From assembly GCA_000002445.1 (NCBI GenBank), contig CP000070.1, positions 2,016,001-2,080,000 on the forward strand: a stretch of 64,000 bases of DNA, in the 5' to 3' direction. Origin of the DNA: Trypanosoma brucei. Taxonomy: Eukaryota. Under the pieces are notes generated by a model. That model did no database searches and was not told where the DNA came from. It saw only the letters and a program-made list of their open reading frames with translations. This document shows positions 32,170 to 43,910 of this stretch, piece by piece. Every line of letters begins with the position of its first letter. Within the stretch, counting starts at the first letter, position 1. The position numbers were made by a program, and so were the translations under genes.

Positions 32170-35100
32170 CTAAAATACATAAAGTTGTTGGTATTTGCAA
32201 AAAGAAAAAAGAAGAAAATAAGGGGGCACAAAATGAGTGCAAATGAATCGGAAACTTTATAGTGTTGGGAAAGCAACATGCTCCGACGATTAGCGCTGGT
32301 GACGAACATTCAAATAAACTGCCAGACACACACGTGTAAAGCTATGGGAATGCAAACGCAGAATTACTGTATGGTCATATCTACATGATGAGTGTGCATG
32401 CGTGGAAACACGACATGTATATTTATGTGTATGTTGTAAAGGTGGAAACGGGCGGAGGAGTTAGTCAGCAACGGAAAAAAAATTTGTTAACGGCGAAACT
32501 GCGTCGAGCACCGAAACTTTCCCCCCTCGCTGGTAGAAAAGAGAAGGAAAAACAAAACAAAACAAAACAACAACAACACCGACGGGAGATAAACAGAAAA
32601 AAAAAAGAATCAAAAACCATGAACAATAATGATGGAGGTAACAATAATAATAATAATAACTACTTTTTTTTTAAAAAAAAGAAGTGTAACAACATACGAA
32701 ACTGCAACACTGCTACCGGTAGAAAAACCTGTCATGAAATGCAAGGTGGGATATGACACGAGGCGTATTTATATAAATTGGCACGTGTAGGGCTTGAACA
32801 TCTTCACTTTCAAAAATATACGTGCTTCACATTACGCAAAGTGTAGAAATCGCGTAAACCTGTTCGTGTGCATATGTTGAGGAGATGCTGAAATCATTAC
32901 GAATTATAAACGTACACACGCAGGCGCTAGAGAAAACGCAGAAAGAGTGAAAACAGTTGGGAGTAATGAAACAATAAAAGACACGATGAACTTCCATATC
33001 GCGGAAAAAATGTAATTCGGCAAGTGGGAAACATCCTCAAAATATAAGGCGACGCAAGCACAAGGTTGCTATAAATGGAAGGAGCTCGCGGCATTCATAC
33101 TTACAGGCGGTGACTGCCGAACAAAAAGAGGAAAAATAATAAAAAAAAAGAAAGGTAGAAATGTAGAAAGAAGAAAGGAAGGAGGGGAGAGGGAGAGGGA
33201 ACGGTCCTCACACGTGTGGGTATTAAACTTTGGTGCTCACACTTATCATGAATTTATATAGACGCACTTATCTTCCTCCTTTTCTTCATGTGAGTGGCAA
33301 CCGCATCGGCACCCGCCCCTGCTCGCCACTACTTTATTTTATTCCCTCATCCCTAATATCCTTTTGTTGTTATAATAATAATAATAATTATTATTATAAA
33401 TCTCTTCTTCCTATTTCTGTTCCTTCATCGTATTTGCCCACCTCACATTGATTTTTCTATTTTTTTCCTTTTTCGTTTTCATACCGCTTCTTATCGTAAC
33501 CCATCTCCTCTCTCTCTCACATCTCATCTCTCTCTCTTTCTGCTTGTTTGTTTTGGATCCCCTTTACCTCGCTTATTATCTAGCTTTCAAACTTTATCGT
33601 TCTTTTACTTTTCCCCCCTTTCCATTGATTTATTCATTAAACTTAACAAGAGTCACAGACAGTGAGACATGTGCAATATAATATCTGAACACGTTGTCTT
33701 TCACTTATTACCAACTCTGATGTGTTAATTCATAATATTTTCATTTTGTAATTCGCGAAGCATCGCTCCTCAACGAAGCCAAAAATTTTTTTCTTTTGTT
33801 CGTATCTTGCGCTTGTTCATTTATTTATTTTTTTTCACGCACAGGAGAAGTCGTCATGTAAACACATGAAGGATGATTAAATAAATAAATAAAGAAGCAA
33901 AGTGACGAATGGATTGGTGTGAGGCGAATAAACAACAACAACAACAACAACAACGACACGTGGCCTACGACAGAAAATATTTGTGTGAGTTTGTAAAAAG
34001 TGAAAAACAAAACGACAAAACAGAACAATAACGACAGTGCCAACAGTGGGAACCGTTGTAATAATAACAATGATAATACGTGACTACAAGAAGATCGATA
34101 GCAAACCAGTCGTTCTCAAAGCATCGTCGAAATTAGAGAAAAGCAAAAATAAGAGAGAGTGAGATAAAGAGAGAGAGAGAGAGAGAAAAAAAAAAAAGGA
34201 AACAAACGGTTGTGCCGCAAACATTATATAAATGGAGAGGGGTGTAAAAAAAAAAATCACAGACATGTATATATTTATATAAAAAATGGGGAAGAGACAC
34301 ACACAAGGATGGATGCGGCAACAGTTAAATACGGGCACGTGAATATGAGAAGGTGAAGTGCCCACACCAACCGACTTTCATTTCATTTCATTTAATTTTT
34401 TTTATTTTACTCTCCCGTTGCCCGCAGTTGCTACGTCAGAAAACACAACGACAGCAACAACATTCAAGTGACCCACTTTGCTTGCACTTGGCTTATATAT
34501 ATATATATATTATTTTCGCTTTAGTTGTTGCCGCTGTTGCTGTTAGGCCTGCAATAGGGCCATTCGCATATCCCGCTGCAGCCGTATCCGTGTCTTCATC
34601 CAGGGAATACGTGAAGAAGGAGAATCAAACCGAACGAAAACACCAAAAGAAAAAAAAAAGAAGGTTCAATAATAAATAAGCAAGAGGTGAATGGGAGGAA
34701 AAAAGAGAAAAGGGGAGAAAATACCAACAGACAGGTGCGTGCCGACCTCATACCAGAGCGGTGGTGACAGCGTACATGCAAATGACAACTGGCTGCAGAA
34801 ACACCAGCCAAATATAATTTGGATGCGCATAACGTTGCTTCATAGTTCATATAAACACAACTTCTGTGCCACCACATTATCATTCACACGTTTCTCCACA
34901 TATTCATTTCCTTTTTCTGTCATTACTAAACCAGTCGTGGCGGTCATGCTTCCGCGCACCCGCTGTCCTCATTTACGATTATTACAATTATATTTATAAT
35001 TATTTCTTACGGTTATTCCTTTCGCCTTCGCCTTCACTTTCACTCTCACCCTCATTAGTAAACGACATATCTGCTGTAATCTACTCGTCACACGTGTCAG

Positions 35101-35226
35101 AGTTCCTTTTCCTCACATCAATTCCATTCTATCCGAACAATGAACTTCTCATCCATCTCTTCGTATATATATGTATATATATATATATATATATACACGT
35201 TGCTTTTTTTTTGTCCTTTCTTTTTT
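32170..35226. other. 3.1 kb gene-free low-complexity intergenic tract ((CAA)n ~33933-33957, (GA)n ~34168-34186, (TA)n ~34495-34515)
   Basis: Same reasoning as for 9818-12560. It probably holds the long 3'UTR of the phosphatase gene plus processing signals for the downstream gene. Confidence 0.55.
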
Positions 35227-38127
35227 CTAATGCGGCGAGGCGCATTCGCCAGCAAGCGCCTGCAACGCAAGTACGAAACCAATGTTAGGACTTATGTTCC
35301 TTTTCTTTCTGAGCATTTCAAATGCCCATTGATAACTTCCTGCTGTTTTTGAGCCTTCCTCCACACTCCTGCGCGCTACACAGCAACAACAGGCACAATC
35401 GGCAATGACATCACAATCGTTCTTCCCCACATTCGGCACCTCAGCACCTCCATTATTATTACTGCTGGTGCCGGGAGTTGCACTCATGGGGATGTTGTTA
35501 CTGGCATCATTTCCACATACTGCGAATGAGCTTGCCCCAACAGCAGTAGAGGGACTTCCACTACCGCTGGTGACAGCTGCTGGTGTGGTTGTGTTGACTC
35601 CTCTTCTTGGGCTAAAGCTACAGTTGCCGGCGCGGATCATTGCACCGTTTGGGGATGAGGGGTGAGTTGACGGTGGAAGCGCAGAGCCGCAACACACGGG
35701 CGCGCAACTGCCATCACGTACCGCAGGCGCACTGTGGTTCTCTGCTTCCTTTATCAACGTTGCCACTTCATCGCTGATCCGGCCCCAGCACCCGTTAGAG
35801 GAGAGAAACTCCCCGTAAAGAATAAGATACCCCAAAACGATAGTTGCGCTACGACTCACACCCTCTCGACAATGAACAAGTATACCACCGGCACCCCACG
35901 ACTGGAACATGGGCGGAAGGACGCTGTTGCTATTATGCGTAGAGGACGCTACAGGTTTGTTACTACCGCCGCAACCGTCACCAGCATTGGTGACACCATG
36001 ACAGGTGGCGGCTCCAATGTTACCATCACCCACCATTCCCTGTTCTGCACCCTTTCCAAACTTTCTGGTGCCCACCGCACCGTTCGTAGCGACTTTTGTG
36101 GCATTACTGCCGGTGCTACCCGCGGCGCATTGCGAACTATGACAACAGTTGGTGTTGCCATTCGTCGGGTGCTTGCAGAACGGGGGAGTCGTTTCCGTTC
36201 TGGTCAGCTCAAACTGCCGACGGTGCAGCTGAGTGTGAATCAGCTGTGCGAAGGATACCAGGTACCGCGCAACATCCTCATCACTGTTATCCTTCATGTG
36301 GAATTTCATGTAGTGGACGTTGCATGGGTTATTCAGCATTTCAGGGGTCACTGCACACTCCGTCGCTACGTTTATTACCAGCGAGATGCCCCGCTCAGCT
36401 AGAACCTCAGGCCTTTTGGAGTCGGCATAGGAACCAATAAACAAGCCCGACACCACCTCTGCTGCGTTGAAGCCCGTAAGGACAGCTGGCCTTGATATAA
36501 CTGAGCCGTTTTGTGGCGGGTGATCATTATCCTTCCGCAACACCTTCCTCTTTTCGCCACTGTCCATCCCCTTCTTTCGTTTGCATGGTGAGATTTGCTG
36601 AGGAGTTCGGCTTCCTCGCCCGCCGATGGTATCGGACTCTGCCCTCCACGATTTATCCATTGGTCCTGTGAGGGCTGACATCGCTGTACTCGATGGATGC
36701 CTGCTGAGGTCCAGCCGACAGGACACAGCGCTTAATGTCGTTGAAGGGCCCCGTGGAGCCGAATGTCTGTCCGTCTCATTATTCGCTGATGCCTCCGGAG
36801 ACGCGGCAGTAACGGGTGAGAAGGAGGGTGATTGCGGTAGTGTGATGAGTAAGGGATTCGCATTGGCCGCACTGAGTCGGTCCCGAATCCTCTGCCATCT
36901 ACTGTTGGAACCAACTTCTTCTCCTCCCTCAGCCCGTGCAGCCATCGTGTCCACTCCCGGCCCCTCTTCTACCATTCCTTGGCAAGGAAGACTCGGACTA
37001 AAATCCCTCCCTTCACCTAAGCCCCTGTTTATGCTCACGCTCTGCTCCTCAAAATATGAGTATTCCCTCACTAGTGGCTGCGACACATCAACTGTGGGTG
37101 ACTGGCTCACCGCCTCAGGCGTCCGGTTCCCTTCAGTGTCTTCACTTGTATCCACACCGGGGCATATGCGAGCACCGCCCCTAAGGATGTCGCTGCATCT
37201 ACCGATGCTGAATGACCGAGCCTCATCTTTGCCAACCGAGAGTGGTGGCGTCACAATATCATCAAACTTCGCCGTGCTGCGCGGTACTCCACCTCGCGTG
37301 TTGCACACCCTTCCTTCTAAGCCTCCCAGCGCTTCACAGCGCAAAGCCCCGCCGGTGCAACTTATATTCGACCTGAAGGTCCTCTCATTTGTTCCCAAGG
37401 GAGCGCGTGCCAGTGGTGACCTTGGAGTAAAGGCTGACGTCGTTCTCGTGGAAGTTAAGCCAGCTACGAGCTGACTATCCCTACTTTCTTCCTCTCCTTC
37501 AATTCTCACACTTCCCACAAATGGTCTAACATACGAAGTTGTCTTGCACGTGGCAGGGAGTGTGGTGAGGAGACCAGCGGCACGCTCCCGTTGCGTAGGA
37601 TTACTGCGGTGATCGGGGGCCCGGCTGTTAGCGTTGCTTTGCCTTTCGTCACCGGCGGCAGCAGACATTGTGATTTTCTGTGCCCCTGTTGCCAAGCTGT
37701 CTTTTTGCACCGCCAGCGGCGGCCACAAGTCTTCGTGCTCGTCTGTCAACTCCTCATCCCAATTAAAGGTTGTAGTGAGAGGCAGCGGCATGGTTTTGCT
37801 AAATTCTTCTTCCTCTTCTTGTTGCTTTTGCCGTTGCAGTGCAACCTTCGCGCGCCCCCCAGTTGTTGTTGTTGTTATTGGTGGTACATGCAGCGGCACC
37901 GAGGAGACGAGATGCGAGTCGGGTGGCAAACTGTGTACCCTCGCCCTCGGTTCAAAACGGGTTCCACCACTGCTTCTACTAGCGCGCCCAGTTGGTTCAG
38001 TAGTGGGGTGAAGGCTTGCTGTGTTGCGTCCGTCCCAATGATCCGAACTACTTCCTGGCGGCGTCTCACCACGTTCATTTTTCTTCCCTTTCTTCCCTCT
38101 TTCCCGTTTTGTTGCTTCTCTTTCCAT
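35227..38127 (-). CDS. dual-specificity protein phosphatase with a large insertion in the catalytic domain and a long N-terminal extension
   Basis: DSP fold blocks VVSGLFIGSYADSKRPEVLAERGISLVINVATE...NVHYMKFHMKDNSDEDV and the active-site P-loop ILVHCREGVSRSATIVLGYLI (HCxxGxxRS). These are separated by a ~110-aa Gly/Ser/Thr/Asn-rich insert. About 500 aa of N-terminal low-complexity sequence precedes the domain. Confidence 0.7.
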   Translation of the reverse strand: MEREATKRERGKKGKKNERGETPPGSSSDHWDGRNTASLHPTTEPTGRASRSSGGTRFEPRARVHSLPPDSHLVSSVPLHVPPITTTTTGGRAKVALQRQKQQEEEEEFSKTMPLPLTTTFNWDEELTDEHEDLWPPLAVQKDSLATGAQKITMSAAAGDERQSNANSRAPDHRSNPTQRERAAGLLTTLPATCKTTSYVRPFVGSVRIEGEEESRDSQLVAGLTSTRTTSAFTPRSPLARAPLGTNERTFRSNISCTGGALRCEALGGLEGRVCNTRGGVPRSTAKFDDIVTPPLSVGKDEARSFSIGRCSDILRGGARICPGVDTSEDTEGNRTPEAVSQSPTVDVSQPLVREYSYFEEQSVSINRGLGEGRDFSPSLPCQGMVEEGPGVDTMAARAEGGEEVGSNSRWQRIRDRLSAANANPLLITLPQSPSFSPVTAASPEASANNETDRHSAPRGPSTTLSAVSCRLDLSRHPSSTAMSALTGPMDKSWRAESDTIGGRGSRTPQQISPCKRKKGMDSGEKRKVLRKDNDHPPQNGSVISRPAVLTGFNAAEVVSGLFIGSYADSKRPEVLAERGISLVINVATECAVTPEMLNNPCNVHYMKFHMKDNSDEDVARYLVSFAQLIHTQLHRRQFELTRTETTPPFCKHPTNGNTNCCHSSQCAAGSTGSNATKVATNGAVGTRKFGKGAEQGMVGDGNIGAATCHGVTNAGDGCGGSNKPVASSTHNSNSVLPPMFQSWGAGGILVHCREGVSRSATIVLGYLILYGEFLSSNGCWGRISDEVATLIKEAENHSAPAVRDGSCAPVCCGSALPPSTHPSSPNGAMIRAGNCSFSPRRGVNTTTPAAVTSGSGSPSTAVGASSFAVCGNDASNNIPMSATPGTSSNNNGGAEVPNVGKNDCDVIADCACCCCVARRSVEEGSKTAGSYQWAFEMLRKKRNISPNIGFVLALQALAGECASPH

Positions 38128-39930
38128 CTTTTTTTCCCCCGTTTTCCCGCACGTATGTATACGTGCTCAGACTATATTTGTTTCCCCCCTACTTTCCCTT
38201 TCCCTTGGATTTTACTCCTCTAAACTAAAAGCCGGCTTTCCCGTTTTTGTTGTATTTCCTTTTGCACTTCTCCCTCCACACCACAGAGATGGTGGGAGCG
38301 GTTTGAACAACTTTTTCTCACGAGAATGTACCGATGACTGATTAGAATTACCACGTATGACCGCAAGATGCATTCACGCATATATATTATATGCGGTTAC
38401 GTTTGCATGTGGTGGTAAACGGTGCATGGGTAACATAAAGGCGACACCGAACGGGAAGGGTGGCAACAAAAAGAAAGAGATAGAGGGGGAAAGAGATCAA
38501 AAATAAAGTGGTATTTTACGAGTGAAAAGACAACAATATTATCCTATGGTGATTTGTGGTGGCCGCGTTTAGCCAAGCCATCACCTAAACGTAACTGCGG
38601 TTGTATTTACTGCTAACAATTATACGAGGAATACAGGAATGGCTCGAGGGAGAGGTGTTGTGTTGTGCTGTTTTTGCTTTCCTGCGATTATTACTATCAT
38701 TTCCTTTTGTTTGTTAGTTATATATGTTTTGTTCATGATTAATATTTCTTTTTTTTTCTTTCTCCTCAGTTTCATTACCTTTTTTCGCTTACTCGTGCGT
38801 GCAAGGGAAGTGAAAAAAGAAGGGATCGCCATGAACATCATGATCACCATAATAACGAAAGGAGGAAGAGCTCGAACAGTAAAGAACGTGTTGGTGAATC
38901 CGTTCTTAATGATCATTTCCTTCCTTCCCGCTATTTCATTCCCCCCTTTCGTCCCTTTCGCAGGTATTCTTATTCTTCCCTTTATGCTAATAAATATATA
39001 TTTAAATATATTTGAATGGCATCAGTGTCACTCCTTTTTTTGTTTACACTCAGTTACACTTATTTTAGGTTTCCTTTTCTTTTCTCTCTCTCTCTTATCG
39101 CTGATTGACGTTTAAAACATGAAAGACGGGCACGGAGGGAGCAAAAATAAAGCACAAACACATACGCGCAAAGAAAAAAAAGATGAAAGTGTGAGGGGTA
39201 AAGAGGGAAAAAAAAGAGGCTGAGGAAACGGTTAAACGAAACAAAGAAAAAAAAAGGTGGGCGGATAAATGACACGCTCAACATCACCACTGCTTCCATC
39301 TGTTGCCATACCTTTTACTTACAGTAATAAGTCGTGTTACAATAATAATCATAGTAATAATAACTGTAACTGTGGTAATAACACACTGACCAAAGAAAAA
39401 AGAAGGAGATGACGAAGCTGACGAAATGTACGAGGGGAACGCGACGAGGCCAGTGTGATATACCTCCACAGCAATAATAATGATAGAAATAGTTGGAACA
39501 ATAACTGTAAGTAAAGAACAAACATGGCAAATGAAACAATACAAAAAAAAGATAAGAAACAATATAAAAGATATTTTTTAACGACCTGAAAAATGAAAAC
39601 ATTATAAAAGGAGGACGAAAAACATTTACACGTGAGTTTGTGCCCGCGTGGGTTGACGGAATCAGGGGGAAATGCAGTAACAAGTTGCTTTTGAATCACA
39701 GCACGACAAACCACGACAATTAAAATGAATGCAATACATACCGTAATAATGCTACTTCCATATCTTCCCCTATAAATTAGCGCCGCGCCGTGTTAATCGA
39801 TGGACATATGCAAAAACAAAGCACACACACGCACAAACACGGGGTCATCCATTTATATAAGTATCAATGTCTGACTGAAAGTTCATGCGCATTCATGGTC
39901 CCTGGTGAGCCAGGAGAGTGAGAATAAAAC

Positions 39931-39950
39931 CTACCTACCTACCTACCTAC

Positions 39951-40006
<56 letters not shown>
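39931..40006. repeat. (TACC)5 followed by an (AC)n microsatellite, about 27 units
   Basis: Direct reading: ctacctacctacctacctacc then acacac... to about 40006. Confidence 0.9.
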
Positions 40007-40013
<7 letters not shown>

Positions 40014-40392
40014 ATTCACATATTAATATATATATATACATATATAAATGCACGGAAATATAGGGATTGATAGACAAGCAGAATCGTGCTGTCGTTACTT
40101 GACTGACTCAAGACCAATGGAAAGTAAGATGAAGCGGAGGATCTTCCCTCCCTTTCCTTCTGCATCCCCTCCAGTCTCCACATTTTCACTTCACTCTTCA
40201 TTCATTTTCCTCTTCTCAGCCTCTTACTTCTTCCTCCCCTTTAACCTTCTTTTCCCATGTTTTCTTTTCCACTCGCATCCCCATTCCCCCTTCAGCTTCC
40301 TTTTTCTTCCTTCTTAAATATTCCCTTTTACCTCTCCTTTTCCCTTTTCGTTAGTTTCACATCTCCATTTCAAAAGTTTGTGCCGTGTTTGA

Positions 40393-42567
40393 TTATCGGT
40401 AGTCCCTGTAGTGATCAGGTTTACGCCGCTTCGCTCCTACACCTCTTTCACCCCTTTGCCATGGCAGTCCTTTTTCTGCTGGTGGCTGCTGCTGCTGCTC
40501 ATCCGACACTGCGATCGCGGATGCGTGCTGTATTTTGCTTCGTACCGTGCGCGAGAACCATTTATTTGAGCCTGTGTTGGAGGCATCAGTGCCGCTACTA
40601 CCATTAACAACAACGATATCGTTGGTGTTGTTATTATTATGGTTTTCACTGACGTTACCCCTACGTTGTTGCTTCACTGCTGAGCCAGTTGTACCGTTTC
40701 CTACTGAAGTCCCACTAGCGTAGCGATGGCCGTTATTAACGCCGTTACCAACGGTGTCACAACTTACACCGGCGCCTCCAACACTACCGGTCACAGAGGT
40801 CTTTAAATCTTTCTTGAATGGATCCACACAACTTTGCCCATTGGTGTGGTCGAAGTTGTGAGGGCGTGGCGCGGAAGAGGAAGAGCCATCAACAACGTAT
40901 TGACCTTTTGTAGTAACCAGCGAGCCTCCATCCATGCGGACGGAATTTCCAAATGACGAGAAGCCATTAGCTACGGTACCCGACGCCCCCACCATTGTCG
41001 CGCATGCCGATGCCGCAGTAACAGAGCTTGAAGCTGCTGCGGCAGCTACGCTGTGGTCAGTGCCAAGTTCTCGACTGTTACGATTGGCAATGCCAAACTG
41101 CTGCTGCTGTTGTTGTTGTTGCTGACGGAAGTCTACCTTCTTGTCCATACAAGCCTCTCCACTCCTGTTGATCATCACTGGTGTGGTCATCTGGTACATT
41201 TGGCGACCGTATATGGTAGGCACCAATACAGCAGAACAGCCATAACCGTTAATCCCGTTGCTCTCCGAAAGGTAAAACTGGCGGCTCCTTTCTCGAATTC
41301 GGTTCAGGAAAATCCGATCGCTCTGTTCCATGCGCTGGGCCCGTCGTGCGAGGTTTGACTCGAGCCCACATTTCCAGGGACGGAGGTGTTCAGCCCAAAA
41401 GCGGGCCCCAAACTCCCGTAGCGCTACCTCGTTCTGTGCGCTAACGTCCTCTCCAACGCAGTCATTGTTGCTGCTGACCTCCACTTCGGCAAGTTCCTTA
41501 ACGAGCCGCCTCATGAGTCTCGCTAGCGTTTCATAGTCCTCGTCATCTATCCACAGATCCCACCCTAGCACTGAACAGAAGCGCAGCTCGAGTTTGTTCA
41601 TCTCCGATAGTTTAATACCACCAAGAAAACTATAATACCTATTGTCGAAGAACCGATCTTCACGCATCTTAGCACTGAGCATAGCGCTGGTGATCATGAG
41701 GCGGTGCACGTTATAGTACGTAACGGGGTGGGAAATGGTAAAAGAATACTTGAGCAGCATAATGAGGCTTACCAGAAGCGTCTCCCCACTGAAGGAACCC
41801 CTCAACCTGAAGCGCTGGGTATAGGCAGCTATTGACGTCCCAGGAATCGAGGAGGAATGGAAATCTGTTGTGAGAAGCGGCTCCGATGAGTTTTCCTCGC
41901 ATAAGCTCTCCAAGAAAAGCACGAGGCCCCTGCATACTGTGTCCAGTTCAATTGGAAGCGTCACAGCTCTCTTCTCTCCATCAGCATTATCATCCCCGTT
42001 GACAACACCATTACTATCGTGGCCATCAGCAGGACGGCCATCACCATCTGGTGCAATAAACCCACTGCCTTTCGTCGTGTCACGTCCCCCCGCAACTTCG
42101 TTGTTTTCGTGGCCACACTTTTGCCCCAGTTCATCTCGTGCTTCCTCCTCTTGCCCACACGAAGGAGATAATCCGTTCACTGCACCCCTCTCATCCACAG
42201 CACCACTAGCGGCACTTGTGTCGCTGTTGTTGTTGTTTTTAACCCCTTTGTTGCACACCACTTCGGTGTTATTACGATTGTCGTCGCTACTACCTATAAG
42301 GGCTACGTGCCTACCTTTATCATCATTACCATTGCTCGTGCAGCTACTACAATTTGAATTAATGTGGGCGACTGTTGTGACATCGTGAGCAGTCCCTGTC
42401 CTTGCTCGTTTTACCTTTTTATGCATTTCATGATTACGATGGTAATCACATGCATCGTCCTCGCCGTCGTTATCATTGATATTGTCCAGCATGTCGGTGT
42501 GTATGTTGTCTCGCTGTGGCGAAAGGGGCTTCCACGAATTAGAAACACCACAGGCGTGTGGATTCAT
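40393..42567 (-). CDS. PHO80-like cyclin
   Basis: Cyclin box of the PHO80/PCL class: LVSLIMLLKYSFTISHPVTYYNVHRLMITSAMLSAKMREDRFFDNRYYSFLGGIKLSEMNKLELRFCSVLGWDLWIDDEDYETL. It is flanked by long Asn/Asp/Ser/Gly-rich low-complexity N- and C-terminal regions, including a Q10 run. Confidence 0.65.
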   Translation of the reverse strand: MNPHACGVSNSWKPLSPQRDNIHTDMLDNINDNDGEDDACDYHRNHEMHKKVKRARTGTAHDVTTVAHINSNCSSCTSNGNDDKGRHVALIGSSDDNRNNTEVVCNKGVKNNNNSDTSAASGAVDERGAVNGLSPSCGQEEEARDELGQKCGHENNEVAGGRDTTKGSGFIAPDGDGRPADGHDSNGVVNGDDNADGEKRAVTLPIELDTVCRGLVLFLESLCEENSSEPLLTTDFHSSSIPGTSIAAYTQRFRLRGSFSGETLLVSLIMLLKYSFTISHPVTYYNVHRLMITSAMLSAKMREDRFFDNRYYSFLGGIKLSEMNKLELRFCSVLGWDLWIDDEDYETLARLMRRLVKELAEVEVSSNNDCVGEDVSAQNEVALREFGARFWAEHLRPWKCGLESNLARRAQRMEQSDRIFLNRIRERSRQFYLSESNGINGYGCSAVLVPTIYGRQMYQMTTPVMINRSGEACMDKKVDFRQQQQQQQQQFGIANRNSRELGTDHSVAAAAASSSVTAASACATMVGASGTVANGFSSFGNSVRMDGGSLVTTKGQYVVDGSSSSAPRPHNFDHTNGQSCVDPFKKDLKTSVTGSVGGAGVSCDTVGNGVNNGHRYASGTSVGNGTTGSAVKQQRRGNVSENHNNNNTNDIVVVNGSSGTDASNTGSNKWFSRTVRSKIQHASAIAVSDEQQQQPPAEKGLPWQRGERGVGAKRRKPDHYRDYR

Positions 42568-43240
42568 ACCGGCGGCAGCGCTGACAGCGTCCTAAGCGGG
42601 AATGTCGCAACAGGCTGAACAGAAAACACTAGTTTGCGTAAGCCCGTCCACTCGGTCCCCTTCTCTCTCTTTTTTTTTTAAATCTTAAAAAGAGAATAAT
42701 TCCTACTATCTTCTCCCCCTTACCTATCACAGCGTCTCCTGAGTCAGGGCCTCTACCGTGTCTTACTTTATTACAAACTCAACTTATTCACCTACAACCC
42801 AAATGACACTACCACCGCAACTTTCCTTTATTTTTCAAAAGCTTTCCTTATTTATAATATTTGCTACCGTGTTCACTAGTTACTACGCTCCCGCGCTTGA
42901 GCGACTGCAAGTCCTGCGTATCCCGATCACCCCTTAAGCGAGTGCTAGAGAAGGAACCGAGGAAAATAAATATTTGTGAATTTGTACACACACAAGTGCA
43001 GACGGACGTAAGGACAAGACCGGATATGTTGGCGTGTAGTGGCAAAAAAAATAAATAAATAAAAATAATGAAACCCACCCGTCCCATCTTGTTACGGCCG
43101 GAGTGGACGTTACCCTTGTGACAGTGACGCGCGCAACAAATGGAAACACAAACCGTGCTGCACTATGAAGAGAAGAGGAAGCATACCGCGATCCGTCCCC
43201 CCTTTTCCCAATGGGGAAAAGGTGTGAGAATTGAGTGGAT

Positions 43241-43248
43241 GGAAAACG
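43241..43248 (-). terminator. RNA polymerase III T-run terminator immediately 3' of tRNA-Ala
   Basis: On the minus strand the tRNA 3' end is followed directly by CGTTTTCC. A run of 4 or more T residues right after a tRNA is the canonical Pol III terminator. Confidence 0.5.
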
Positions 43249-43320
43249 TGGACGAGTAGGGGATCAAACCCTAGGCCTTCCGTATGCGAAACGGATGCTC
43301 TACCACTGAGCTACACGCCC
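43249..43320 (-). tRNA. tRNA-Ala: tRNA-Ala (anticodon CGC)
   Basis: Folded by hand from the reverse complement: GGGCGTG TA GCTC AGTGGTA GAGC A TCCGT TTCGCAT ACGGA AGGCC TAGGG TTTGATC CCCTA CTCGTCC A. Acceptor stem pairs at 6 of 7 positions and includes the G3:U70 Ala identity pair. D-stem GCTC/GAGC. Anticodon stem TCCGT/ACGGA with loop TTCGCAT (anticodon CGC). T-stem TAGGG/CCCTA with loop TTTGATC. Discriminator A73. No encoded CCA. Confidence 0.8.
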
Positions 43321-43584
43321 CGTAGTGCAATCGGTGCGCTGCATTCGTTTACCGTTGCGTGGCTACAAGCCATAACCGCCACAAGCCACAACATAAAGTG
43401 CGGGGGAGACACAACCGATGCTATCCATCATTACCACCTCCATTCCTTCCCCACCCATCTTGGTTTTGCACACGTGGCTTCTACGGAAGGCTTTTCCACC
43501 ACATATACGGCTGCATTTGCATCGAAAGCATGCGTTGTTGGGTACCAGGCAGCTGCGTATTCTCCAGTTAGTAATGCAATTTCA

Positions 43585-43910
43585 CAAACTCCCACGGAAC
43601 AAGAAGACAACAAGGTATTCGCGCCGGTCCTGTAATGTGTCTCCACTGCTCAAATGGCGTCTCACACATGACCCAGTGCAATCGTGTGCACATGAACAAC
43701 TGGTGTCAATCAGATATTCAGAAGGAAAAATCAAGAGGCCCCGCTTCAGGGGTTGGTAAATAATATTTTTCATAAGGATGTCTCGCAACTCTCGGACTGT
43801 GTGGCGCGGCTGCGGCGTAGAGGAACAGTCATGCATGCAGGACAATCAGCTACGGGAATGAATACCTCCTCTACGGGTGCTGGCAAGCATCTTACTGATA
43901 GGACAAACAT
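43585..43910. repeat. duplication block B, copy 2 (fused to block A copy 2)
   Basis: See copy 1. In this copy the kinesin-derived codons are detached from any motor domain. Confidence 0.8.

Noticed and set aside
43249-43321. First parse of the tRNA with an extra 5' G, giving 73 nt and acceptor 5' strand GGGGCGT.
   Set aside because: Acceptor and D-stem pairing failed in that register. Shifting the 5' end by one base (start at 43320) gives proper D-stem GCTC/GAGC, U8-A9 and the G3:U70 pair. The 72-nt register was adopted.
43585-43910. Block B as an independent small-RNA gene (7SL- or snRNA-like) divergent from the tRNA, terminated by the TTTTT at about 43768-43772.
   Set aside because: At the source locus, B is in frame and contiguous with the kinesin ORF (no stop until 22317), so it is protein-coding tail plus 3' flank. 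No resemblance to trypanosome U-snRNA, SL or 7SL sequences that I can recall. This is left only as a low-priority check on the 43321-43585 spacer.
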